DNA of 64,000 bases from an uncultured virus (IMG/VR IMGVR_UViG_3300025158_000014) (lineage: Duplodnaviria; Heunggongvirae; Uroviricota; Caudoviricetes), in IMG/VR virus record IMGVR_UViG_3300025158_000014; one strand, written 5' to 3'. Below the pieces are notes generated by a model that was given only the letters and a program-made list of their open reading frames with translations, was not told the origin of the DNA and did not search any database. A program made the translations under genes and the position numbers. Positions 9,113 to 18,516 of this stretch are shown piece after piece. The stretch's first letter is position 1, and every line of letters begins with the position of its first letter.

Positions 9113-9772
9113 CTCATCCACAATAACCATATCCATATGTTCCATATAGTGTTTTACATTGTTTAGTGACTGCCAAGTACTGATAATTAAAGGGTTGTTC
9201 CATTCCTTCCACTTATCACCAACACGCCCAACAGTAGACATATCCACTCCATATTCTTTCATATCACCATAGAACTGAGTGACCAGACCAACAGAAGGCA
9301 CAATAATTATACCGTTTTTTGTTAAATTCTTTTCTTGTAGTGCTTTAACAACATATGATATCATTAAACTTTTACCACTGGCCGTTGCAGACCTGATGAT
9401 GCCTTTACCTGTCTTAAGACACGCAGAGATACAATCATCTTGATAGTTATATGGTTGAAATTTTAAGTTTTTGTGATATTCGGGTTTGATTCCGACAAAT
9501 AAAGACTTTACTTCGGATGAAAGTGTATAAGGTAATTCTGACCATTCTTTCTTATGATACTTAATTAACTCTAATAGTAGACCATAAGGTATAGTCCTCT
9601 TCACGGAGTCCATAAGACCAACTTTACCATCCCAGCTTCCGCACTTATATTGTAACATAAACTTATAACCGTCAACGTAATGACGGAAATATTCTTTTAC
9701 TTCGGTGAGATATGTCCAATTTTCTGTATCGATTCTGATATGAAGAGGATCATGTAATTCTAAATTAACCAC
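8819..9772 (-). CDS. uvsW: UvsW N-terminal fragment fused to an N-intein
   Basis: WDGKV, YQDDC, SATASGKS, IVDE|CVDGDTLI...TGNHKIL. Confidence 0.9.
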   Translation of the reverse strand: MVNLELHDPLHIRIDTENWTYLTEVKEYFRHYVDGYKFMLQYKCGSWDGKVGLMDSVKRTIPYGLLLELIKYHKKEWSELPYTLSSEVKSLFVGIKPEYHKNLKFQPYNYQDDCISACLKTGKGIIRSATASGKSLMISYVVKALQEKNLTKNGIIIVPSVGLVTQFYGDMKEYGVDMSTVGRVGDKWKEWNNPLIISTWQSLNNVKHYMEHMDMVIVDECVDGDTLIKTDNGYKKIKDLVIGDIVISYNTETNEYEQDIIEDVYENMTISSNERMYELEFDGGEILRVTGNHKILTDKGYIRADELTCEHDVIGFE

Positions 9773-9775
9773 TAA

Positions 9776-10258
9776 TCAATAACCGCCTTTACCGTTCTCA
9801 CAGAATAATTTCATATTCCATTGTAATTTATCCATTGCTTGCCAAATAGTCTCGAAATATTTAACCCTCATTTCCTGCTTTCTGACCAAACCTTTTAATT
9901 TTATCAGATCAGGATCTTTAGGTAAATAATATCGTTCTATTTCAGTTTTTGTTAAAGTGACCGCACCGTCTTTCAATGATATATATTTATCACCGATCAT
10001 CTGTGCCAAACGGTCTTCGACGGTAGATAACTTGGACTGTTCTTGCAAAAATTTGAGGCGAAAGTCTTTCATGTGGAACGATAGACGTTGTAATCTTTCT
10101 TGAATATTAAATTCATTAAAAGTAAGAAGATCATATACATTATATTCCTCTTCCAACTTTTTAAATATACTATCCTCGTTCAATTCTTCACGTATTTTAT
10201 TGAGGACTGCTTTAGTTTCCTCGTTATAAACACTTAACATGTGAGTGTAATCTGTCAT
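9776..10258 (-). CDS. uvsY: UvsY-like recombination mediator
   Basis: Helical protein with LTKTEIERY...DPDLIK...QWNMK, adjacent to uvsW as in T4-like phages. Confidence 0.6.
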   Translation of the reverse strand: MTDYTHMLSVYNEETKAVLNKIREELNEDSIFKKLEEEYNVYDLLTFNEFNIQERLQRLSFHMKDFRLKFLQEQSKLSTVEDRLAQMIGDKYISLKDGAVTLTKTEIERYYLPKDPDLIKLKGLVRKQEMRVKYFETIWQAMDKLQWNMKLFCENGKGGY

Positions 10259-10531
10259 ATAATAAACAAATCCTTTATTTTTTTTTTTGAAATGGACGTA
10301 AACATCAAGATTTCATTTGATCAGTGTAGCCGGGGTTACTTCCAAAAATTCCATAAGAACTATTCCATTGTCATTGACACAATGTACCATATTTAGTATA
10401 AATAGTAAATATAAAGTAGTGAAATAAAATGAAAAATTTTTGGGGTATAGAGGTTATAAAAGTTATGAACCTGTAAGATGACATAGCTGCTTTTGTGTGA
10501 TAGTATGCTAAAAAACTGTGGAGTAAACGCT

Positions 10532-11929
10532 TTGTCAGAATTAACAACAGATCCCCAATATCTCGAAATGGTTATAGCTAAAGCTTTGATGGAAGACAAA
10601 GACTTTGTTGCAACCATCACTAATGTTTTTGAAGAAAATTACTTCGACTCTCCTGATGTGAAGTCTTTGTTCACTTTCACAAAAAGCTATTTCGCGGAAT
10701 ATAATGAGATTCCTACTCGTAGTATTGTCATAAACAGTATTCCCTTGGATTCAAGAAGTTCTCTTGAAACATACCTGAATCACACTAATAACACTGACAT
10801 AAATATTCCACAAAACCGTGATTGGTTAATGACACAGACTGATCTATATCTAAAAGACAAAGCAATTAAGGATGCGATTAGAAAATCGGTTGATGTCATT
10901 GATAGTCGTGGAGATACTCACGATATCAGGAAAATGGTCGAAGAAGCATTATGTCGATCAATAAATATTGATATCGGACTAAACTATTTCAGGGATATAG
11001 GTCCACGACTAACACGAATGTTTACGGATGAAAACCAACGACTTAAGACCTATTTTCCGGTATTTGATGAGTTTATTAATGGGGGTTTCCCGCCTAAAAC
11101 GCTAAGTGTGTTTGTTGCTAAAATCCACGGATTTAAATCAAATGTTATGGCGAATATGATAGCCCGACAGGTTTTAAATGGCAAAAACATTGCTCTTGCC
11201 TCACTTGAAATGTCCGAGGATATGTTTGCTCAACGATTCGATGGTATTTATTCATTATTAGATATAAATAGATTTTATTTCAACCGTAGATTGAAGCAAA
11301 GATTGGTTGGAAGATTGCGTGAAATTAAAGATTTACCGGGTCGAGGCGATCTTCATATTAAAGCGTTTCCTACAGGTAAAGCGTCAGTGAATGATTTCAG
11401 GAAATGGGTTCGTGAATTGAAGATGAGGGGTGTTCAATTAGACGGGTTTTTCTTTGACTATCTTAATCTTATGGCATCTACCGAAGTCGGTAAATCAGAT
11501 AATACCTACAGTTCAGTTAAAAGTATTGCAGAAGAAACTCGCGCCATGGGATTTGAGTTTGATATCCCAATGATTTCAGTAAGTCAGTTAAATCGTGCTG
11601 GTACTTTTATGAATTTTGATGATGTTGATATGAATAGCATTGCTGAGTCAATGGGTGTTCCTGCTACTGCTGATTTTATGATGATTATGGGTTCTAATGA
11701 CGAACATATGGTATACAACAACGAGGTTCATTATAAAATAGTCAAAAACCGTCTTGGGGGTAGAGTAGGTGAAATGGACAAATTTTATTATGATGCTCGT
11801 TCAATGAAAATGTATTGTTCGTCTGAAATGGAACAATGGATGCAAGACGTAGATATTTCTGGAGATGATAGGATGATATCCCCTCAACCAGAATCGCAGC
11901 AACATCAAGGGAGAAGAAGGAGAGAATGA
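10532..11929 (+). CDS. DnaB/gp41-like replicative helicase
   Basis: GFKS Walker A variant, SLEMSE, FDYLNL, SQLNR, AESMG, KNRLG; TTG start after GGAG. Confidence 0.9.
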   Translation: MSELTTDPQYLEMVIAKALMEDKDFVATITNVFEENYFDSPDVKSLFTFTKSYFAEYNEIPTRSIVINSIPLDSRSSLETYLNHTNNTDINIPQNRDWLMTQTDLYLKDKAIKDAIRKSVDVIDSRGDTHDIRKMVEEALCRSINIDIGLNYFRDIGPRLTRMFTDENQRLKTYFPVFDEFINGGFPPKTLSVFVAKIHGFKSNVMANMIARQVLNGKNIALASLEMSEDMFAQRFDGIYSLLDINRFYFNRRLKQRLVGRLREIKDLPGRGDLHIKAFPTGKASVNDFRKWVRELKMRGVQLDGFFFDYLNLMASTEVGKSDNTYSSVKSIAEETRAMGFEFDIPMISVSQLNRAGTFMNFDDVDMNSIAESMGVPATADFMMIMGSNDEHMVYNNEVHYKIVKNRLGGRVGEMDKFYYDARSMKMYCSSEMEQWMQDVDISGDDRMISPQPESQQHQGRRRRE

Positions 11930-12447
11930 TATTTGTTATAGGCATACATAAAACAGGGTTAACATCACTATCTCATGCCATGAGGGAGTTGGGTCTTGAA
12001 GGCTGGCAATATCCCCATCCAAACAATGTTAGTATGTTGAGAATGGGGCGAGTCAAGATAGATTTTGGGTGCGATTGTCCATTTATGTATGATTACAGAA
12101 AATGGGGTGCTATGTTCCCTAATTCAAAATTTATTGTTACAACCAGAGAAGACGAAAAAGAATGGATTTCCTCAAACAGAGCGCAGCAAGAAAAGAGGAG
12201 ATTTCCTTATTACAGAGATATTTATACTATGGGTTTATGGGGTCAACTTGAGTTTACAGATGAACATATGTTGAAGGTAAAAGAAAAACATTACTCAGGT
12301 ATAGCGGAATACTTCAAAGGCAGACCACAAGATGTATTATATATGAATGTTATAGAACATGGTGATGGTTGGGATAAACTTTGCCCATTCATTGGGAAAG
12401 ATATTCCTAATACACCATTTCCACATAGGAATAAGAGAGATGATTGA
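11926..12447 (+). CDS. Sulfotransferase-family (P-loop) protein
   Basis: IGIHKTGLTSL, KFIVTTR, GWDKLCPFIG...PFPHRN. Confidence 0.75.
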   Translation: MIFVIGIHKTGLTSLSHAMRELGLEGWQYPHPNNVSMLRMGRVKIDFGCDCPFMYDYRKWGAMFPNSKFIVTTREDEKEWISSNRAQQEKRRFPYYRDIYTMGLWGQLEFTDEHMLKVKEKHYSGIAEYFKGRPQDVLYMNVIEHGDGWDKLCPFIGKDIPNTPFPHRNKRDD

Positions 12448-12778
12448 GACATTAGAACTTGGTGAAAATTTAATAGATAATCATATAATACCTGATTGTA
12501 TTAAACGATATACAACAGACAAATTACCTATCCATCTAGCAGTACATGAGATAAATGCTAATGATAATTTTGATGTTTATTGTGATGTGCATGAACATGA
12601 AGGTGAAGATGAACTGAATATAATTTTAGGTGATGTGGAATTTGAACTATTAGTAGGGTCTGATTATCAAAGAGTTAATAGTAGAACTGCAGTTTGGATA
12701 CCAGCAGGAGTACCCCACTCTGCAAACGTCACAAGAGGAACAGGTTATTTTATATGTATAAGATTCAAGAAGATTTAG
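12440..12778 (+). CDS. Cupin-domain protein
   Basis: HEHEGEDE...IPAGVPHS. Confidence 0.75.
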   Translation: MIETLELGENLIDNHIIPDCIKRYTTDKLPIHLAVHEINANDNFDVYCDVHEHEGEDELNIILGDVEFELLVGSDYQRVNSRTAVWIPAGVPHSANVTRGTGYFICIRFKKI

Positions 12779-13194
12779 AACATTGGCAAAATCTACAACC
12801 GCCACTGTCACCGAATAGTTATGAGATTTCCCTGTATAGTGAATTAACTAGTCATGGAATCGCGGGGGGTAATGTTTTATTGTTGGGAGAAACCAAGTCA
12901 TTAATGGGGTTTGCCGCAAAAACAATAGATCTTCATCCGATTCGCGGGGAATATGGCGACTGGTTTGATATACAGGGGCTTTATAGTACAATTATAGGGG
13001 ATGGTGTTATAAATCTTGCAGGGATGGAGTTAGTTGATGTGGTTAGACCTCACTGTAAACGGTTTGTAACAAGAGTTTTTACGAAAAGATTACCCGGTAT
13101 GAAATATGCCACTTATTTTCCGACAGTGTTTCCAGATTCTAGTCTAAATTTCAAGACACAAGATGGATGTAGAATGATAATTTGGGAGTTTTAA
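12754..13194 (+). CDS. Hypothetical protein, methyltransferase-like Rossmann fold
   Basis: VLLLGET...GDWFD...IIGDGVIN. Confidence 0.45.
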   Translation: MYKIQEDLEHWQNLQPPLSPNSYEISLYSELTSHGIAGGNVLLLGETKSLMGFAAKTIDLHPIRGEYGDWFDIQGLYSTIIGDGVINLAGMELVDVVRPHCKRFVTRVFTKRLPGMKYATYFPTVFPDSSLNFKTQDGCRMIIWEF

Positions 13195-13813
13195 ATGAAT
13201 ATTTTATGTATGTTTTCTGGTGGACTGGATAGCACAGGAGCTTTATACTCATTGTTAACCCAATCTGAGTATAAAGATTACAATATTCACGTGCATTCTA
13301 TGGGTCTATCTAATATAGAAAACAGGAGTGGTGCAGAATTTCAGGCAACGATGAATATCAAAAAAATGGTTCATTGACAAAGGATATAAATTTAAGTTTA
13401 CACGAAGTGTTCATGAATATAAATTTATGTCAAATTGTTTTATATGGGATTCTGATATATGTGCATTTATGGCAGGACAGATCACTAGATGCTCACCAAG
13501 AAGCTACAACTATATTGTTATGGGTAGAACAAAAACAGATGATGATATGAATCACTCGAATATGACAGGTCGTATTAAGAGAGCTAGAGAGATATTCCAT
13601 GCTTCTTATGGAGAATCTTCCAAACAAAAACCTGAATATCTTTATCCTGTTATAGACATGACCAAGCAGGATATATGGGATATGTTGCCCGAGGAGTTAA
13701 GAAATTATACATGGTCGTGCAGAACACCAAAACAAAATAATAAATTTGATTGGGTGACCTGTGGGTCATGTATCACATGTAATGATATAAAAAAGTATAT
13801 AAGGAGTGATTGA
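13195..13813 (+). pseudogene. QueC-like PP-loop protein, frameshifted at an A7 run (13360-13366)
   Basis: FSGGLDST in the first ORF and TWSC...CGSCITC in the second; removing one A joins them. Confidence 0.7.
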
Positions 13814-14166
13814 TGGTAACTGAATTAAATGCCGAAAAATGGAAAGAAATACTTGACAAAGAAAGGATTGCAGTGGTTAAATGTTATGCTTCATGGTGTG
13901 GTCCATGTAAATTTTACGCACCTCATTTTCAGAAAGTTTCCGACAATTTAAGTGTTTACAATGACACTGAAATCAAGTATTATCAAATGAACAATGATAA
14001 AAGTCTAAGTTTTAAGCGATCATTTAATGTAATGGTCTTGCCGTCTGTGTTATTTTTTGTGTATGGAGTTTTGGTTTATAAAATCCAAGGAATAACAAGA
14101 TCTGCTATTTTTGAGGAAATACTCGATAAAACACTGAAAGTACCTTTTTCTATAAAAGAACCATAA
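13810..14166 (+). CDS. Thioredoxin
   Basis: WCGPCK. Confidence 0.9.
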   Translation: MMVTELNAEKWKEILDKERIAVVKCYASWCGPCKFYAPHFQKVSDNLSVYNDTEIKYYQMNNDKSLSFKRSFNVMVLPSVLFFVYGVLVYKIQGITRSAIFEEILDKTLKVPFSIKEP

Positions 14167-14359
14167 TGACATTTCATGAATTAAACATTGATTAAAAACT
14201 CATTAAAGGAGTGGATATAAAGAATGATAGAGTATAAAGTTGTGGAAAACCCCCCTAATTTTGGGGGATGTGAGTTAATATTAAACGAATTAGCCGAAGA
14301 TGGTTGGAGAGTCATAGGATTTTCTCAATATCAAATATGCCTTGAAAGGGAAAAACAAA

Positions 14360-14974
14360 ATGAAGATGACGAAGTTAAGCAAATCTGTGGATAATGTTGT
14401 TGAAAAATTTGAGGACTTGATTGAAGGAACTTTCTTCGAAAATGTATATTACTACTGTTATCGCAAATTTAAATGGGGGTGGTGGAATCCACGCACTGCA
14501 TGGTATAAGGTCAAATATGGTGTAGGAAATCTCATTAGTTATTTCTATTTGATCTGGAATGATCGTGATTGGGATTATCACTATTGGGTCAGTATGAACA
14601 TCAAAAAACTTGAGAGAATGGAAAACCTCATCCGTAATCACGGTAACCATCTATACAATGTTCGTGACGCCGACAATATCCACCTTGCCGTGTTGATCCT
14701 CAAGAGAATTCAGGCTGACGAATATCATGAGAATGCTTTCAGGGATCACAATAAAAAGTGGGGTAACTTAAATATTTCATGGAAAAAATTAAATGATGGA
14801 ACTGAATGTAGTCAGATGTTGTCTGAAAGGGAGAATGTCAAAACCGAAAGCGACGAGAAATACGAAATTAAGGCTAGCCGTAGACTGATTATGCACAGTG
14901 ATTACATGAAAAAACAAGACCTTGAATATGTAACAAAGATAATCAATAAGTACTTGTTTAGTTGGTGGGATTGA
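14360..14974 (+). CDS. Hypothetical phage protein
   Basis: IWNDRDWD...WWD pattern typical of large-phage ORFs. Confidence 0.6.
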   Translation: MKMTKLSKSVDNVVEKFEDLIEGTFFENVYYYCYRKFKWGWWNPRTAWYKVKYGVGNLISYFYLIWNDRDWDYHYWVSMNIKKLERMENLIRNHGNHLYNVRDADNIHLAVLILKRIQADEYHENAFRDHNKKWGNLNISWKKLNDGTECSQMLSERENVKTESDEKYEIKASRRLIMHSDYMKKQDLEYVTKIINKYLFSWWD

Positions 14975-15522
14975 TGACGGAGAAATTGCGTCATATAACA
15001 GAAAAAATACATCAGTGTAGAAAATGTCCCTTATGTGATAACGATAAAACGTTACCATATATCGGGGAGTATGCAAAAAATATATTCCTACTGGATTTTA
15101 TCCGACATGATGCACATGATTACATGGATAAATTATGGAAATTATTCAAAGAAGTTGGATTATCTAAACAAGAATTTATTGTTATATATACAACTCAGTG
15201 TATGACAAAACCAACAAAACGTGGAGGAAAAATACATACGTCGCCACCCGCAAAAATTCACCGAGAAAAATGTAAACTTTGGCTAAATGAGTTTGTACAT
15301 GCCTTGGATAAACCTAAGATGTTAATCATGGGTAATGTGGCAATGGAGCATGTAACGAATCAGTTTTCTGGTATTGTTGAGTTGAATGCGACCACAATCA
15401 AACCAAAAATAGAAGGTGTTATTGTGCCATGTGTTTTATCCGTAAGCCCTAGTTATTTAAAAGAGTGGGGGGAAGGGTATTATATGGTGAAAAAAAGTCT
15501 TGAAGTCTTCAAACATCTGTGA
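14974..15522 (+). CDS. Divergent family-4 uracil-DNA glycosylase-like protein
   Basis: CRKCPLC, later Cys, MGNVA; GEAPG and HPS motifs not retained. Confidence 0.55.
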   Translation: MTEKLRHITEKIHQCRKCPLCDNDKTLPYIGEYAKNIFLLDFIRHDAHDYMDKLWKLFKEVGLSKQEFIVIYTTQCMTKPTKRGGKIHTSPPAKIHREKCKLWLNEFVHALDKPKMLIMGNVAMEHVTNQFSGIVELNATTIKPKIEGVIVPCVLSVSPSYLKEWGEGYYMVKKSLEVFKHL

Positions 15523-15735
15523 TATAGTCTATTTGTCTCTAGCGAATAGGAGTTCATAATATTTTTAAATTTTTATAAAGAAAAATTAGTTGAAGCGCAA
15601 AAACTTGATCCTAATTCTAAACTTGTAGTAAAACGAGACGGTAGATCAGCAAAGATTTTCTATGGCAAGTTTGTTGACTTTTATCAGCATAAGAGTCTGG
15701 TCGCTCACCTTCTCAATTAAAGGAAATGGAATATT

Positions 15736-16041
15736 ATGAAAGTATTTCTTGATGATGAAAGAGTTACCCCAGATGGGTGGTTTCGTACCTATGACCCGAC
15801 TCAGACCATCGGCATCCTTGAAATGGGTTTAGTTACACATTTAAGTTTAGACCATGATTTGGGTGACGATGAATTGATAGGTACGGGTTATGATGTTATT
15901 CTATGGATTGAAGAAAATGTTGTGTTGAACGACTTCAAGCCGCCTATCATTATGATTCACTCCGCAAACCCCTCTGCCCGTCAGAAGATGGAAGCGGGTA
16001 TTAAACAGATAAGGAAATTGTATGAAAATTCAGGTAGTTAG
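15736..16041 (+). CDS. Cyclic-phosphate-processing receiver-like domain protein
   Basis: FLDDER, SLDHDLG, GYDV, HSANP. Confidence 0.75.
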   Translation: MKVFLDDERVTPDGWFRTYDPTQTIGILEMGLVTHLSLDHDLGDDELIGTGYDVILWIEENVVLNDFKPPIIMIHSANPSARQKMEAGIKQIRKLYENSGS

Positions 16042-16906
16042 CGATATCCATGCAGAATTTGGATTAATTCAGAAAAATTATGACAAGATGGTTGATACCC
16101 CTGCTGATGTATTAGTATTGGCAGGGGATATTGCATCATCCAATTCAATTATATCGGTTCTCAAAAAAATCAAAAAGGATTGTAGCCATAAACAGATCAT
16201 ATTTGTTGCTGGTAACCACGAATTTTATGGAACCTCAAGAAAAACACTTGATCCTGAGTTAATGTCTGTAAGCGGTGGTAATTTAAACATTTTAATCGAA
16301 CGTGATATTGTTATTGGTGGCATCATCTTCGTTGGTACTACCGGATGGTGGGATGGTTCAGGTGGTACTCTTGGTATGACCGTAAAGTATGGATTAAACG
16401 ACTTCCGTATGATATATGATCTTATGGATAACGGTGATGGTGTGTGGTGGGGTCAGAAATCAAAAACATTCATTGACAGTAAATTATACTTCTATAGAGA
16501 TACTTTCCCTGACATGAAAAGGGTTATAGTCACTCACCACTTTCCTCACAGGGGTAGTATTAGCTCTAAATTTCAAGGTTCAGCATTGAATGTGTGTTTT
16601 TATAACGCATGGGAAGACCTTATTCAAGAATACCGCCCTGAACTGTGGATTCATGGTCATACCCATGATTCTTTTGATTATAAAGTTGGGGGTAATTGGA
16701 GTAAACCCGATGAACCCTCTGATGATAAAGGGTATACTCGTATTGTATGCAATCCGCAAGGTTACCCAGAGAAGTTTATATCACCGAAGGACGCACTCAG
16801 GGAACATTACGAAAATGATGAACTTTTATCAAAGGGATCAGAATATAATACTTATCTTTGTGCTGAAAATGATCAATTTGACCCTTGTAAGGTAGTAGAA
16901 ATCTAA
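16022..16906 (+). CDS. Calcineurin-like metallophosphoesterase
   Basis: SDIH, AGDI, GNHE, THH, HGHTH, NPQGY. Confidence 0.9.
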   Translation: MKIQVVSDIHAEFGLIQKNYDKMVDTPADVLVLAGDIASSNSIISVLKKIKKDCSHKQIIFVAGNHEFYGTSRKTLDPELMSVSGGNLNILIERDIVIGGIIFVGTTGWWDGSGGTLGMTVKYGLNDFRMIYDLMDNGDGVWWGQKSKTFIDSKLYFYRDTFPDMKRVIVTHHFPHRGSISSKFQGSALNVCFYNAWEDLIQEYRPELWIHGHTHDSFDYKVGGNWSKPDEPSDDKGYTRIVCNPQGYPEKFISPKDALREHYENDELLSKGSEYNTYLCAENDQFDPCKVVEI

Positions 16907-16922
16907 TAAAAAGGACTATAAA

Positions 16923-17456
16923 ATGAACGCGAAAAAAACAGCCAGACGTAAAGCAATTCTTGATGGGATTATGGAATCACTAAAACATGATGAGGTTTTT
17001 GACCGTGTAAAATACAAACAAAAGACCGAATCAGAACTACAAAACCGTATGGCAGTACCTTTGAATAGAACTGTTGCAAAACTGTTCGAGGAATATAAGG
17101 GTTATAACCATGACCGTGCTGTATCAGAGGCACGTGTGAGATTTGCAAGTGAGGAAGATCCGAATACAACAGTCAAAAACTTTATGTTCATGGGGGTACA
17201 ACATCGCCCAGACTTCACTATAGATTTTGATGATATTCGTATCGCAGTTGAAATCAAAAAAGGTCATTCAGGTCAATCAGTCCGTGAATGTATTGGTCAA
17301 TCCGTGGTATACAACACAAATTATGATTTTACATGTGTTTTATACGTGGATACCTCCGCCGATGAGCGTATTAAAAACTCCCTTAACGGTGAGCGTGAGA
17401 AAGAATTGATTGAATCTCTTTGGAAAAATCATAATGTAATGTTGGACGTTATTTAA
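16923..17456 (+). CDS. PD-(D/E)XK nuclease-like protein
   Basis: RPDF...IAVEIKK...GQSVVY. Confidence 0.6.
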   Translation: MNAKKTARRKAILDGIMESLKHDEVFDRVKYKQKTESELQNRMAVPLNRTVAKLFEEYKGYNHDRAVSEARVRFASEEDPNTTVKNFMFMGVQHRPDFTIDFDDIRIAVEIKKGHSGQSVRECIGQSVVYNTNYDFTCVLYVDTSADERIKNSLNGEREKELIESLWKNHNVMLDVI

Positions 17457-18418
17457 TGACAAGTTTATGGGAAGACGTGTTCGATCAACCTGAACCAGAA
17501 ATCGAGAAAGTGTCTATTGTTCCAAAGGATGAGCATGTTAATATTCTCAAGCGAATGGACGATTACGAAAAAAATCATTGCTGGCAGTATGATATAAGAC
17601 TTAAAAATATGGAACAAGACTTAATTGATGTCGGATTAACCAAGGAGATTACAGATAACTTACGAGTATCAGATTTTGAATTTCGCTTTGTTGAGGATAA
17701 AAAAGAACGACAAAAATTAATTGAGTTTATAAAAAGACATGAGTGGTTAGGGAATCTATCACAATTCACCACGCATTGGTTTGGTGCATATTATAACGAC
17801 ATTCTATCAGGTGTCGTATTGATGAATATGCCTAATGCGTTTTCTAATGTTGTTGGTGAAAACACAAAAAACCTTGAGAGACTGATAAGCAGGGGTGCCT
17901 GTATTTCATGGAGTCCCAAAAACTTAGCATCCTCTATGTTGATGTGGTGTATTAATTGGATGGTTGCTAATACCAGATACCGTGTATTTTCGGCATACTC
18001 CGATCCAACAGCTAAAGAACTCGGAACGATTTATCAAGCATGTAATTTCTATTACATAGGACAAAAATCTGGTACCACAAAAAGATATGTGAATCCTTTC
18101 ACTGGCAGGCTCGTATCTGACCGATTTTTTAGGGCAAGGAGCGCATATAAGCAGTATGCTAAACAATTGGGGATTGAATGGCAGAAAAACTGGAACAATG
18201 ATCAATCAATACTGTGGCATAATATGCCTAAAGAAATAGAACAACAATTAAGACAGCAATCCAAGAAAATGCAATCAGAAGCAAAATATTTTACATTTCC
18301 TCCTAAACATAAGTACATATATATCAAAGGAAAGACAAAAAAAGAAGATAAAATGCTTAAGACTATCTTTATGGAGAAAACAAAGGTCTATGATTACCCC
18401 AAAAAAAGGGGAAATTAA
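17456..18418 (+). CDS. Mom-like GNAT-fold DNA modification protein
   Basis: FIKRHEWLG, PKNLAS, AYSDP..ELGTIYQACNFYYIG, KHKY. Confidence 0.65.
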   Translation: MTSLWEDVFDQPEPEIEKVSIVPKDEHVNILKRMDDYEKNHCWQYDIRLKNMEQDLIDVGLTKEITDNLRVSDFEFRFVEDKKERQKLIEFIKRHEWLGNLSQFTTHWFGAYYNDILSGVVLMNMPNAFSNVVGENTKNLERLISRGACISWSPKNLASSMLMWCINWMVANTRYRVFSAYSDPTAKELGTIYQACNFYYIGQKSGTTKRYVNPFTGRLVSDRFFRARSAYKQYAKQLGIEWQKNWNNDQSILWHNMPKEIEQQLRQQSKKMQSEAKYFTFPPKHKYIYIKGKTKKEDKMLKTIFMEKTKVYDYPKKRGN

Positions 18419-18516
18419 TAGTTTGTGCGTGTATGTAAATAAATCGAAATTTACATGATATCCCCCTATGGTAACATGGGTGGTATAAAATTTTATAGAT
18501 ATAGGGAAGGTGTATT

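Noticed and set aside
13195..13813. 7-deazaguanine DNA modification system
   Set aside because: Only a frameshifted QueC-like gene is present, with no partner genes in the window.
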